DNA of 63,163 nucleotides, counting the filler, from Diploschistes diacapsis (Eukaryota): assembly GCA_023645945.1 (NCBI GenBank). It is 23 parts of 23 records of this genome, joined end to end, with 100 filler letters (N's around TTAATTAATTAA, not from the genome) between each part and the next. Parts side by side here need not be neighbours in the genome. Positions count along the whole stretch, not along the records: positions 1 to 1,109 come from JALAIB010003920.1; positions 1,210 to 2,318 come from JALAIB010003921.1; positions 2,419 to 3,527 come from JALAIB010003922.1; positions 3,628 to 4,736 come from JALAIB010003923.1; positions 4,837 to 5,945 come from JALAIB010003924.1; positions 6,046 to 7,153 come from JALAIB010003925.1; positions 7,254 to 8,360 come from JALAIB010003926.1; positions 8,461 to 9,567 come from JALAIB010003927.1; 15 more parts are not named here. One strand, 5' to 3'. Below, in pieces: positions 1 through 10,874 of the stretch. The number at the start of each line of letters is the position of its first letter. The first letter of the stretch is position 1. A program made the position numbers and the translations under genes. The notes beneath the pieces were generated by a model. The model ran no database searches, was not told where the DNA came from, and saw only the letters and a program-made list of their open reading frames with translations.

Positions 1-30
1 TACTATGACCATTACTACCACACTACTGCA

Positions 31-1109
31 TTTTATCCTTTACATATATACCGAAAGATATCGCTATCGCCTTAATTAAAATAGAAAATCTCGATCTTAT
101 AATAATGTTAAAGGTACATCCTTTAGACCGATGATAGGCACTAATATAACCGTCTTAAAAAGTATCGTTGAAATATTTTCGATAAATACCGTAATTATAA
201 TCTTTTTTATCGTTATAATCGAGATAAAAACTTTAATATTAATATAATTTCTAATAATAATAATATGTTTTTAAAAGTTTATCAAAAACCGTTCCGGATC
301 TAATATATCGATTTCTATAAAAATATTCGCTCGTAAATCGTCGACGATATACAATTCTTTCGTAATCTACGTTAATCTACCGTCGTTAAGTATAATTCTA
401 AAACGACGTAATTCGTAATCGAATATTTAATTTTATTTATTTTAATAATTTTTATCGGGGTCGGTATCGTAAGTACCTTTATCTTAAATTTCATTTTATA
501 TAGAAACCTTTTATTTATAAAATGAGACAGCCTAGCCAGGGGTCTGCCAAGCTGGGCCTGCGAAGATACGGCAGGGTCAATGCCTAGGTGCTTGTTAAGA
601 CACGGTAGGGTTAATTCTCAGGGGGAGGCTGTGTAGACGGGTAGTTCTCGAACCCCGATAGGTCTGGCATTTATATTACTTAACGGTGCCCTTCTTTCAT
701 TTAGATCGTTTCTTTTTCAGCTTTTCGAATCGAGACCTTTTATCTGTAGATGCCTAGTTATACGTAATCCTTTCGGATCAGGCCCAGCCTTTAGTAGTGT
801 AGTATCTTATTCCTACGCTGGCGTTTTATAAAACTTATAATACATTCGGTGTCTAAATAAAAGCGATATGTTTTATTATTAATTCCTAGCTTTATAAATA
901 CGATCGCATATTTATAATTTTTAAATTTAAAACCCGGGCTTTGATTAGGCTTTATATCCGACTTAATAATAATATCGATATAATAATGTAATTTTACCAG
1001 TATCGGCGAGATAATAATAAATATAAATGTCGTAAAAGTGTCGATAATCGCCGACGAGACATCGTTAGCGTTCGTAGAAGTCGTAAAATTAAAAACGATG
1101 AAATCTATT
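31..1109 (-). mobile_element. RIP-degraded Ty3/gypsy pol fragment (aspartic protease region), interrupted by a solo LTR-A
   Basis: Minus-strand translation gives PGFKFKNYKYAIV...FYLDTECIISF (degenerate LDTG motif) and ITKELYIVDDLRANIFIEIDILDPERF, typical of fungal gypsy proteases. Many stops, very AT-rich. Confidence 0.7.
523..828 (+). mobile_element. Solo LTR, family LTR-A, with 5-bp target-site duplication TAAAA
   Basis: Begins TGAGACAG and ends GCTGGCGTTTTA (RIP form of ...TTTCA). TAAAA lies at 518-522 and 829-833. Homologous to copies at 1583, 6961, 8622, 32667 and 38533. Confidence 0.88.
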
Positions 1110-1209
1110 NNNNNNNNNNNNNNNNNNNNNNNNNNNNNNNNNNNNNNNNNNNNTTAATTAATTAANNNNNNNNNNNNNNNNNNNNNNNNNNNNNNNNNNN
1201 NNNNNNNNN
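1110..1209. other. Artificial contig spacer (N44-TTAATTAATTAA-N44), first of 22 identical spacers
   Basis: The same 100-nt spacer starts at 1110, 2319, 3528, 4737, 5946, 7154, 8361, 9568, 10775, 11981, 30947, 32153, 33359, 34565, 35770, 36975, 38180, 39385, 40589, 41793, 42997 and 61960. Small contig lengths fall steadily from 1109 to 1104 nt, with an ~18.9-kb contig after every ten. Confidence 0.98.
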
Positions 1210-1349
1210 CCTCTCACCTCCCATCTTTACTAACGCCATCTTCATCTTCATTCATTACCTCCTACAATAGTAATACATTACTATTGTACTCAGCATTATT
1301 TCCCTAGTCATTACTTGCCTATTTAGTCACCACACTTCCACTTTCAACA
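1210..1349 (+). mobile_element. Possible 3' part of a further LTR (ends ...TTTCAACA) inserted into a pogo element
   Basis: Less RIP-damaged C/T-rich block ending in CAACA, a common copia LTR end, at the point where pogo family D homology begins. Single copy in the window. Confidence 0.35.
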
Positions 1350-1582
1350 AATTTAATTAAACGTTGCGAATCGTTTTAGAATTAATTAACATGATTCGAC
1401 GTTATTCGAATTAAATAAACGAATCGAATTAAAAGATCGTTTTATATTTAATATAGACGAAGTTTTTAAAATAATAATTCGAATTTAATCGAATCGACCA
1501 GTTTGGAAACGATTTATTACCCATAAAAAACGTCGTCGCGTTTTTAAAATCGAAAAATATAAGGAAAGGAAAGATAGATTCG
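1350..1582 (+). mobile_element. pogo/Fot1-like DNA transposon fragment (family D), transposase 3' region
   Basis: Aligns by eye with 6546-6960, 33459-33972 and 41893-42709. Confidence 0.7.
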
Positions 1583-2318
1583 TGAAACGCCAGCGCAGGA
1601 AAGGATGCTATTCTACCGGGGGCTGGGCCTGATCCGGAAGGATTAGGTGTAGCTGGGTATCTGCAGGTAAAAGGTCTCGATTTGAAAAGCTGAAGAAGAA
1701 ACTATCTAAATGGAAGAAAGATACCGTTAAGTAATATAAATGTTAGATTTATCGGGGTTTGAGAATTATTCATTTATATAACTATTTCCTGACCTTGCCG
1801 TGTCTTAATAAGCACTTAAGCATTAATTCTACCGTGGCTTGGCAAGCCTTTGGGCATTAATCCTCCCGTGGCTTGGTAAGTTCTTGGGCATTAACCCTAC
1901 CGTGGCTTAATAGGTCCCTAAGCTGGGCTGTCTTATTACCCTCCTTTCCAGATATTTGTATCTCTTACAAACGCGATATTCTTTTTTTAATTAATCTTTA
2001 TTTCGATTTTCATTTTTTTTAAATTTATTTAAAAGGATACCCGTTGTTCTTTCGTAATTGATGTTTCCGTTTCTTTAAATCTCTTTTAACGTCGTTTTTA
2101 ATTAAATACGTTTTTTGTTTTTATAAAAAAATATGATCGTCGTAATGATCGATATTATTTTATTTTAAAAATTCGCTCCCGTTTATAATTTTTATTAACG
2201 TTAATTATTTATTTTCGAATATTATTAATCACGAAAATCTTATCTTTTTAAAATTTAATTAATAAAATTCCCGTAAGATTTCGAAAATATTTTCAAAATT
2301 AACGACGAAATATTAATT
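1583..2318 (-). mobile_element. 3' end of LTR-A retrotransposon: chromodomain tail, polypurine tract and 3' LTR (LTR 1583-1935)
   Basis: Reverse complement of LTR-A. The flank from 1936 matches the PPT-side flank of the copy at 8622. Minus translation near 2240-2300, NFENIFEILREFY*LNLK, resembles the C-terminal helix of chromovirus chromodomains. Confidence 0.8.
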
Positions 2319-2418
2319 NNNNNNNNNNNNNNNNNNNNNNNNNNNNNNNNNNNNNNNNNNNNTTAATTAATTAANNNNNNNNNNNNNNNNNNNNNNNNNN
2401 NNNNNNNNNNNNNNNNNN

Positions 2419-2931
2419 TTTTAGCTACGGTATCCGTATCCGTGCTTTCACTACAGTACAATGTCAATGTCAGTGTCAGTATTTTAAAAATTTTAACTGC
2501 GATATCCGTGTCCGTGCTTTCACTACAGTGCAGTGTCCGTGTTAGTGTCCGTATCGAAAAATTTTTTATTACGGTGTCCGTGTCCGTGCATTCACCGAAA
2601 CATTTTAAATTATTTTTTTAATTTTAATAATTTTGGAATTATCACGCCTATTTCTTACGCTTTTATTTTTTTAAAAAAATTTAACTGCGATGTGTCAGTG
2701 GATTCATCGCAGTGTTTCGATGGATTTACGGAAATGTAGTGTCCGTGTTAATATCAGTGTTTTAAAATTTTTAATTGTAATGTCCGTGTCCGTGCTTTTA
2801 TTGCAGTGTAGTATCCGTGTCAGTGTCCGTGTTTTAAAATTTTAGTTATCGTGTCCGTGTTAGTATCCGTGTTTTGAAAATTTTTGCTGCAGTGTCCGTG
2901 TTAGTGACCGTGGCACGAAACGGCTAGCCTA
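2419..2931 (-). mobile_element. TIR element family E (end TAGGCTGGCCGTTTCG) with ACACGG/ACGGACAC-rich tandem array
   Basis: Terminus ...CACGAAACGGCTAGCCTA at 2931. Internal degenerate ~70-bp units are shared with all other E copies. Confidence 0.75.
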
Positions 2932-3527
2932 CGTTATTTATATATCTTATATTTTATATATTCTAAATCTTCTTAATCTTTTTATATTTATTATTAAAAT
3001 AGTATTCGGCGTTTAATAATAATTTAATTTAGTTATTTATATTTTAATTAACGTAATGCCGTAAGTATTATTCGAGAATCTGGTTTATTTTTTTATTTAA
3101 TCGTTTGTCTGTGGGTGATAAGCGTTTGAATGTTTCAGTTTCGTGTCGAATGCTTCCATTATGGTTTTCCAGTATCTTGAAGTGAAGAGCTTGTTTCTAT
3201 CGTTGATGATTTCTTCTAGATATTTATAAATTCTTACAATTCGATCTATCCATTTATGATATAATTATCTTGCGTTATATTCTTTTCTTAAAGGTTTATA
3301 ATAAAGTTTGTTATTAAACTTGTCCATTATGACCTAAATATTATTATATAAAACATCTATTACTGGATCTTTAGATGCTAATAATTTGATTATAAAATCC
3401 ATCGTGACTATTTTTCATAACTGATCTGGTTTCTCAATGGTTTATAAAATCCCGTATCTTTTATATATAGAATATTTATTCCTCTAATAGCTCTCGCATT
3501 GCTTAATGAAATTAATAACTTATTATT
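2932..3527 (-). mobile_element. RIP-degraded Ty3/gypsy integrase core (rve)
   Basis: Minus translation shows VTMDFIIKL, IINDRNKLFTSRYWKT and SNAYHPQTND*..INQILE*YLRHYVN, the canonical gypsy integrase motifs, with RIP stops. Confidence 0.88.
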
Positions 3528-3627
3528 NNNNNNNNNNNNNNNNNNNNNNNNNNNNNNNNNNNNNNNNNNNNTTAATTAATTAANNNNNNNNNNNNNNNNN
3601 NNNNNNNNNNNNNNNNNNNNNNNNNNN

Positions 3628-3900
3628 AAAACCTTCGCGGTACATTTCTATTAAAATATTATTATTTTATTTAGTTTTCTTAAAATATACTTAAAATTTC
3701 GCGGTATATTTTAAAGTTAATCTTTTCTAACGTACGATTTTAATAACCCGTATAACGTATTTTTTATCGTTAATAATATTTAAAGCCAATCGAATTTGTT
3801 TTATAAAATTTCCGAAATTTACGAATATTCTTAAATCATCCTATTATTTAAAAAGAAACGTATAAAGATGCGGTTCTATTCATACAAATACGCGGTCACG
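3628..3900 (-). mobile_element. RIP-degraded gypsy gag fragment
   Basis: Minus translation RDRVFV*IEPHL...VR*KRLTLKYTAKF*...ILIEMYREGF matches the retrotransposon gag pattern (Q.gs..eY...F; f..GL). Confidence 0.6.
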
Positions 3901-4669
3901 TATTATAAACACAAGGCGCGCTGTCTAGGGAGACTTCCCTTGCTGTCGTAGGTAGTTAGTCGTAGGTGGTGTAGTAGGGGAATGTAGTGTGATTTCGTAG
4001 TCAACAGCATACCTAGGTAGGACATTTTTGAGGTGTAGGATGCATTAATTGTCTAGAGCTACCTAGCAGGCCTCTTTAAATGGAGCTGCCCTGTGGGGAC
4101 CACCTTTACCAAGTCTGCGGCTTATTTTTATGTTTATATACGATTCTTTTTTTAATAATTCGCTGTCTTATAGCGAACTCTATACAAGTTTTATTAATAA
4201 GAAATCTCCATCCCGTTATTTTTATATCCTAATGTAGTCCTGTACCTCTCCGGCAACCGAAATACTTAGAAGTTTATTATTTTTAATGCTTTTTCTTCGA
4301 CGTAGCCGTGCTTTTAGACCTATCTTCCTGTATTTTACTTTTCTAAATATAGTTAGATAGAAGGGCGGTATTTATTTAAAGATATTCCTATTTTCGACCG
4401 TATTTATATCATCCGTAAATGCTTCGCCCGATAGGTATAGTTAGTAGCACGGTTTATAGTCTTTTTCTTCTTTCTTCCCCTTCCTTCTTCTCGTTATGAC
4501 TAGCAAGAAGTTAATTGTAGATAAGTAAGCAGAAAGGTAGGTAAGTAAGTAAATCACATAAAAAAAAATAAGGCGGAAAAGTAAGAATGCTATGAAACTA
4601 GTAGATAAAGCAAATAACCGCGTAAGTAACAGATAGTTTCCTATTATAGGCCTTTAGGGCCTTATGATA
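3901..4669 (+). mobile_element. Putative long LTR, family LTR-B (~770 bp)
   Basis: Ends TATTATAA...TTATGATA are compatible with RIP-altered TGTCATAA...TTATGACA. Strong homology to 4837-5530 in the opposite orientation. No TSD seen. Confidence 0.5.
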
Positions 4670-4836
4670 CTGATTCTGATTCTTAATTATGTAACTTTTA
4701 ATTAATACGGTTCTATCTTTTTTTAAACTTTTTTTANNNNNNNNNNNNNNNNNNNNNNNNNNNNNNNNNNNNNNNNNNNNTTAATTAATTAANNNNNNNN
4801 NNNNNNNNNNNNNNNNNNNNNNNNNNNNNNNNNNNN

Positions 4837-5620
4837 ATATAGCTGTTCGATTATTTATTAACTTTTTAATAAACTTACTTTCTTATTTATTTATTAAATA
4901 CTTTCTTATTTACGTGCTTACTTTTTTATATGTTAATTTGATTACCTTATGCTTTATTATTTATTTGATTTTATAATAAATCTCCTTACCTGTTCTTTTA
5001 CTTACTTATCTATAGTTAACTCCTTGCTAATGGTGAAGAAACGGGAGAAAAAAAGAAAGAAAGATAAGAGAAACAGACGTACTATTGGTTGTATCTGTCT
5101 AAAAAAACATTAACGGATGGTATAAATATTATAAAGGATAGGAATATCTTTAAAAAGATATTTACGAATAATAGAAATACGGTGGAAGTTAGGGATATCT
5201 TTGAATAATTACCGCCTTTCTGTCCTACCGTGATTCGAGAAAATAAGATATAGGGAAATAGGTTCAGGAATACTATTACGTTCAGGAATATAGTGTAAAC
5301 ATAAAAGTAGGCGGTAGACTTGGTGGGGGTAGTCCCCACAGGGCAGCTCCATTTAAGGAGGCCTTCTAGGTAGTTCTAGACAATCAATGCATCCTACACC
5401 TCACAAATGTCCTACCTAGGTATGCTGTTGATTACGAAATCACACTACATTCCCCTATTACACCACCTACGACTATCTACCTACTACAGCAAAGGAAGTC
5501 TCCCTAGACAGCGCGCCTTGTGTTTATAATGGGAACCAACCTAAGGACTTGTCTAAGGACCCTTCCACATCTTACGAAAGGTAAGAAGAAGGTTACGATC
5601 TAAAAGTTCCAGGCATGACA
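4837..5620 (-). mobile_element. Second LTR-B copy (truncated by contig end), terminus TGTCATG at 5620
   Basis: 5305-5530 is a near-exact reverse complement of ~3902-4130. About 90 extra bases end in ...GGCATGACA on the + strand. Confidence 0.55.
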
Positions 5621-6045
5621 AAAAGACATTATTTATAAAAATATAGAAAAAGAAAAAAAGAGGATATTTAATTATCTTTAAATAATCTGCTAGCATTAGA
5701 AAAATAAAAGAATAGAATTTGATTAAAATGTATTTAAAAAATTAAACTGCGAATAAATAAGATATTAAGAAAGAATTAAAAGTTAAAGATTATCGATATT
5801 AAAAACGATAAATATTATTAGCTCTAATTACTCGATACCGAACGGAAATTAAGCAGATTAATCAGAATTACGCGAATACGAACACGAAGGAAAGGAGATC
5901 GAATACGAATAAATAGATTAAATAGGATAATACGAATACGAACGGNNNNNNNNNNNNNNNNNNNNNNNNNNNNNNNNNNNNNNNNNNNNTTAATTAATTA
6001 ANNNNNNNNNNNNNNNNNNNNNNNNNNNNNNNNNNNNNNNNNNNN

Positions 6046-6960
6046 ATTATTCGCTTTTGTATATTTAATCGAATCGATTTGATGATATTATCATCGTATA
6101 GTTTTTATCTTGTTTAATCATTCAATGTCGCAGTGCTTTCGCCGTTGAAAAGCGCGTTAGCGTAAAAGACGGATTATATTACTCGAATAAATACATTACG
6201 TATGGTACGTTCGGAGTAAATCGAATTATTTTTAATAATTCGAAATTGAGTTATTACGAGTCGAAACGTTTAAATAAATTTTATAAATATTAAATTATAA
6301 TTTATTAATTTCATAATCGTGTTTAATAAACTCGTTTCGACGTATCGAATCTTATTATTTTTATTTTATAATCTTTTTGTAACAGCGGGGGTAGTGCCTA
6401 ATAGGTAGAGCTATCCCACTGAGCCAAAAGACTAACCACAATGCTTTCAGGAACCCCGAAAGCCCTGTTTCCCTATTACACTATATGTAGGTGCGTGGCT
6501 GTGGCAGCCGAGGCAGATGTGTAACCCCGCAGGCCTTACACTTTTATTAATCACGAATTAATTCGATTTAAATTTATTTTACTTTATAATTCTCCGCTAA
6601 ACACGACCGAATTATAGAAAATTAATAAAAAATTAATCGAACGTTACGCGCCGTTTTAAAATTAATTAACCCGATTCGACGCTATTCGAATCGATTAATC
6701 CGTATATTTAAATCGACGTATATTAAATTTATAACGCTTCGTAAAGAAAACCGAAAGTAAAAAACGTTTTTTAATAATCGTAAAAAACGTAAATTAAATA
6801 AACGAATCGAATTAAAAAGTCGTTTTATATTTAATATAGACAAGGTTCTTGAAATAATAGCTCGGGTTAAATCGAATTATATAATTTTAAAACGATTTAC
6901 AACGCGTAAAACACCTCGTCGCGTTTTTAAAATCGAGAAAAATAAAAAAAAAGAAGATAG
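6046..6960 (+). mobile_element. pogo/Fot1-like transposon family D, transposase C-terminal region, carrying two nested LTR insertions
   Basis: Collinear with the uninterrupted copy at 41893-42709 once the insertion at 6378-6540 is removed. Confidence 0.78.
6378..6540. mobile_element. Very short solo LTR (163 bp), TGTAA...TTACA, 5-bp TSD CTTTT
   Basis: Perfect 5-bp inverted termini, CTTTT at 6373-6377 and 6541-6545, and absent at the homologous position of the family D copy near 42160. Confidence 0.88.
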
Positions 6961-7153
6961 TGAGACAGCCCAGCCCAGGGGCCTGCCAAGCTGGGCCTGC
7001 CAAGACACGGCAGGGTTAATGCCCAGGTGCCTGCCAAGACACGGTAGGGTTAATGCCCAGGTGCTTGCCAAGACACGGCAGGGTCAGGAGATGGTTATAT
7101 AGACGGGTAATCCTTAAACCCCGGTAGGTTTAATATCTATACTACTTAACGAT
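6961..7153 (+). mobile_element. LTR-A, 5' part (truncated by contig end)
   Basis: TGAGACAGCCCAGCCCAGG start and three 34-bp U3 repeats. Confidence 0.85.
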
Positions 7154-7253
7154 NNNNNNNNNNNNNNNNNNNNNNNNNNNNNNNNNNNNNNNNNNNNTTA
7201 ATTAATTAANNNNNNNNNNNNNNNNNNNNNNNNNNNNNNNNNNNNNNNNNNNN

Positions 7254-8360
7254 AGGAAAAGGGTGGGGACAGAGGAGAGAGATGAGGCAAAGAAGAGAAG
7301 CGGATTGGAAGGGAACAGGGAAGGGAGGCAAGGCAAGGCAAGGCAAGGCAAGGCAAGGGAAGGGAGAGATACGAGGTGAGCAGAAGAGCAGACATGACGA
7401 AAGCAATTGGGACAAATGGAACGAGGCGGAAATAAGGGGTGACGTCTTGTCCTTTCCTGTCCTATCTCATCTCGTCTCGTCTTGCTTAAGCCGTGCGACT
7501 GCAACCGCGACTGCGGCTGCGGCTGCATCCGGCGGCACATCCACGTTCTTCGGCACTATGCATAGCGCTTCTCTTTCCGAGGCCTATCGTCCGCCTCCCT
7601 CCTCTCCCTTTCCTCTCTCTCCCTTGTATATGTACCGCTCAAAGCACAGGCACAGCGACAGCGCACAAGAGATGGCCACTGCCCTCCCCCCCCTCCCACC
7701 AAACAAAAAAGGGAAAAAAAGAAGCCGGGATCGGGCTGTCGCTGGGTCTATATCCAGCCAACCAGCCAGCCAGCCAGCCAGCCATAGTCCCGTCCTTGGC
7801 TGATTAGGTCTGTCAGTGGGTGGGTGGGTCGGCGGTGCGGTCCACACACACACACATACACACATACACACACACACAGAGCCACACAGCACGCGACAAC
7901 GCAATGCGGAAAAGGAGAAGGAGAACGACGTGGACGAGCCGATCGAGAACCCTACCCACCACCCCCCACAGAAACCCGCATCGCGGGAAAGAAAACCACC
8001 TGCGGGATCCGTGAATGAACGAAACGCGAACGCGAATACTAAAGATGCTGCAAAAAAATCCTATCCATCTATCCATCCGTCTGTCCGTCTGTCTGTCTGT
8101 CTGGAGCTGGGTCCTCGGCACGCTGGTCTCGGGTCGATGTGCGATCCTACCAGCTAGCTCTCTCCCCCCCTCTCTCTCTCTCCTGCCTCGCGAGGGTTCC
8201 GGACTCGGTGGTGGCTTTGCATTTTTGTTTGTTGGGCTCGGTTTTTTTTTGTTTTTTTTTACGCTTGCTTGCGGGCTTGGAATGGAATGGAAAAATGGGG
8301 CTGGTGTCGGTGTTTGGTTGGTGCGGAAGCTCGATGATGATGATTCGTTGTGTGTGTGGG
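7254..8360. repeat. GC-rich non-coding contig dense in microsatellites: (AGGCA)6 at 7326-7355, (CCAG)n ~7755-7783, (CA)n 7843-7878, (TCCA/TCTG)n ~8062-8103, poly-T
   Basis: Repeats are directly visible. All listed ORFs are low-complexity translations of these repeats. Confidence 0.8.
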
Positions 8361-8460
8361 NNNNNNNNNNNNNNNNNNNNNNNNNNNNNNNNNNNNNNNN
8401 NNNNTTAATTAATTAANNNNNNNNNNNNNNNNNNNNNNNNNNNNNNNNNNNNNNNNNNNN

Positions 8461-8934
8461 AGCGCTAAAAGGGATTTAAAAAGACGATAATATTTATTAT
8501 AAAAGAATAACGGGTATCTTTTTAAATAAATTAACGAAAGGAATGAAGATCGAAATAAATATTAATTAAAAAGAGCATTATCGCGTTTATAAGAGATATA
8601 AGCATCTAGAGAGGGGGGTAATGAGACAGATCAGCCTAGACGTGCCAAGCTACCGGAGTCACGTGACGGCAGGGTCATATAACGGTAGGGTCACATAATA
8701 GGTACCAACCGTGCCAAGGATGTTAGGGGGTGACTGTGTAGGCGGGTAGAACCCGAACCCCGTAGGGCTGGCACCTACACACAATTTAGTTCTGCCACCC
8801 TCCCATCTAAATAGTTTCTTCTTTAGCTTTTCGAATCGAGACCTTTTACCTACAGATGCCCAGCTACACGTAATCCTTCCGGATCAGGCCCAGCCCCCGG
8901 TAGTGTAGTATTCCATTCCTGCGCTGGCGTTTCA
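8461..8934 (+). mobile_element. 3' end of LTR-A retrotransposon: polypurine tract (AGAGAGGGGGG-TAA, 8608-8621) and 3' LTR (8622-8934)
   Basis: TG...CA termini (TGAGAC...GTTTCA). The purine tract lies immediately upstream. Least RIP-damaged LTR-A copy. Confidence 0.88.
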
Positions 8935-9567
8935 TAGCAAATTATTTTAAATATAATATATCGATACCGATAAACACGTTTACTCGTAAATTATTTACGA
9001 TATATAATTCTTTTTAAATTTACGCAAGTCGTCTTTCGTCAATCGAGAAAAATATATTTAACACGACAAAGTTTAAAATTGAATATTTACTTTTTCCGAC
9101 GCCAGTAATTTCCATCGGCGTTAACATTATAAGTATTTTTACTTCTGGTTTATACTTTTATAAAAACTTTCGGTCTATAAATAACATAATACATTTATTA
9201 TCGAGATAGAATCGATGCGTACTTCCATTCAAGTTCAAATAAACGGAGACGGTGGCGTATCGATAACCTTTAAAATTAAATCCGGGGTTTTAATTAAACA
9301 AAGTTATAGACTTGTCGGTATAATGGATTAATCTTATTACGTCTTTATAAAAACGGCGGCGAAGCGGTCGTCGTTAATGAATTTAACGTAAGCGTAAAAG
9401 TTATAATAATCGTAATAATGTCCGTAAAAGTTGAAACATCGCGCTCGACGGAGTTATTATTAGAATATATCGAGATTTTTATTCTCGACCGTCGTAGGCT
9501 TGCCGACGTTATTTTAACATTTTAATATTTGCTTTTAATTAAATCTTTATATAACTTAGTTTTAGAC
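8935..9567 (-). mobile_element. RIP-degraded gypsy protease region, related to the host element in 31-1109
   Basis: Minus translation LNGSTHRFYLDNKCIMLFIDRKF and KELYIVNNLRVNVFIGIDIL. Confidence 0.65.
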
Positions 9568-9667
9568 NNNNNNNNNNNNNNNNNNNNNNNNNNNNNNNNN
9601 NNNNNNNNNNNTTAATTAATTAANNNNNNNNNNNNNNNNNNNNNNNNNNNNNNNNNNNNNNNNNNNN

Positions 9668-9989
9668 AAAGAATCCATCGTACGAGCGATTTTTCTTTTA
9701 TAGTTATAAGTTTTTATCGTGCAACGGCTTATTCTTTTTTAGTTTTTCCATTATTTCGACGACGTTGGAGCGTTGTTGAAAGAATTCCGTATCGTTTATT
9801 AGCTTGTAATACGGATTTATATTTTTTAGATTATAAAGCATGTAATGCCAAAGCGATTCGGCCTTCTTAAGTATTTATAATAAAAGAATGTTATCGTAAG
9901 AAAGATGAAAATATTAAGAAATACATTTTACGAAGGTGCAGGGATTGTAACCCGCTTTGTGGTGTAACCCGTTATGTGGTGAAACACGT
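9668..9989 (-). mobile_element. 5' end of a pogo/Fot1-like transposon (TIR plus HTH-psq/CENP-B-type N-terminus of the transposase)
   Basis: Terminus TA|ACGTGTTTCAC with an internal direct repeat (TGTAACCCG x2 on +). Minus translation *EGRIALALHAL*SKKYKSVLQANKRYGILSTTLQRR...KLITIKEKSLVRWIL. Confidence 0.85.
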
Positions 9990-10066
9990 TATAGGCACAT
10001 TGCACGCTAATAATAATTAGTAATGATGAATTTAGAATAACGTCTTTCCCCAGGAAACGGAACACC

Positions 10067-10774
10067 TGTTATGATCTCTATCTCTACAACGTAGACACGA
10101 GGTATTGATTAAGGTGGGTTTGGTCTCTGGTAGAAGAGGAGTATGGAAGGAAAAGAAATAGATCGGTAATAGGTTTGTTTTAATTTCTAAAAAGATTGTT
10201 ATCTAATAATAAAAGTAAACGAATATAAATTGATCTCGAATAATCGTTAAAGATGTTTATAAAGATAAATATACTTCGATTTGTAAGAATTATAGCGCGT
10301 TCTTATATAGCCAATTATTCTTTAACGGAATAAATTAATAGATAAATAGAATTACCGTTTTCCCGTTTTATTTATAAAGGATAAAATAATTTTTAAGGTT
10401 TTTTATTTATTACGTGATTAACGTTATCATGATTAAATTATATATAAAGAATAATTAAGTTAGACCCGATCAGCTATGAAGTATTAAATAGATTATTATT
10501 TAGTTATTTGGAACGTAATATTTTTTCTTCTTTAGTTTTGTCGGCCCGACAAGCACCGAAAGGTAAATATAAGTATTAAATAAAAAAGAATCCTAAATCA
10601 TGGGACAACGATGTCTTCTTTATCTTCGAAATAAAAGAAACGCTTAGATTTTATTATGTATTTTCGGGGTTATCTGGATATATTATTCTATAATTATTAT
10701 TTGTTTTTTCACGATTGTATTAGAATGCTTTTGTCAAGGGTGGAATACGACAATGTGGCAAGATGGCTGTACGC
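10067..10774 (+). mobile_element. LTR-C retrotransposon 5' end: 5' LTR (10067-10520) plus leader
   Basis: TGTTATGATC...CGTAATA (RIP of CGTAACA), 454 bp. The downstream leader (GTCGGCCCGACAAGCACCGAA) is shared with the copy at 34665-34782. Confidence 0.82.
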
Positions 10775-10874
10775 NNNNNNNNNNNNNNNNNNNNNNNNNN
10801 NNNNNNNNNNNNNNNNNNTTAATTAATTAANNNNNNNNNNNNNNNNNNNNNNNNNNNNNNNNNNNNNNNNNNNN

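Noticed and set aside
1154..1165. TTAATTAATTAA recurring every ~1.2 kb as a biological repeat or CRISPR-like array
   Set aside because: It is always centred in N runs and gives stops in six frames, so it is a synthetic spacer. ORFs ending XXX-LIN are artefacts of it.
2533..2739. ORFs within family E, F and LTR repeats (also 6877, 34097-34612, 36251, 37544-37902, 38532, 41083-41662)
   Set aside because: They are translations of tandem repeats with no domain content.
2905..2931. Family E end as a Helitron 3' terminus (CCGT-N8-ACGG hairpin followed by CTA)
   Set aside because: The base after CTA varies (A, C, G, T), the flank is not consistently T, and a 12-bp inverted partner end exists at 62663.
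3965..4010. tRNA or SINE in LTR-B (TGGTGTAGTAGG resembles an A box)
   Set aside because: No B box at a suitable distance and no cloverleaf.
7198..8416. Overlapping ORFs on the microsatellite contig
   Set aside because: Low-complexity products in several frames, with no codon bias or recognisable homology.
8860..8934. Hammerhead ribozyme in LTR-A (minus-strand CTGATCCGGAAGGAT)
   Set aside because: It lacks CUGANGA and a separate GAAA core. The stems are better explained by the R-U5 fold.
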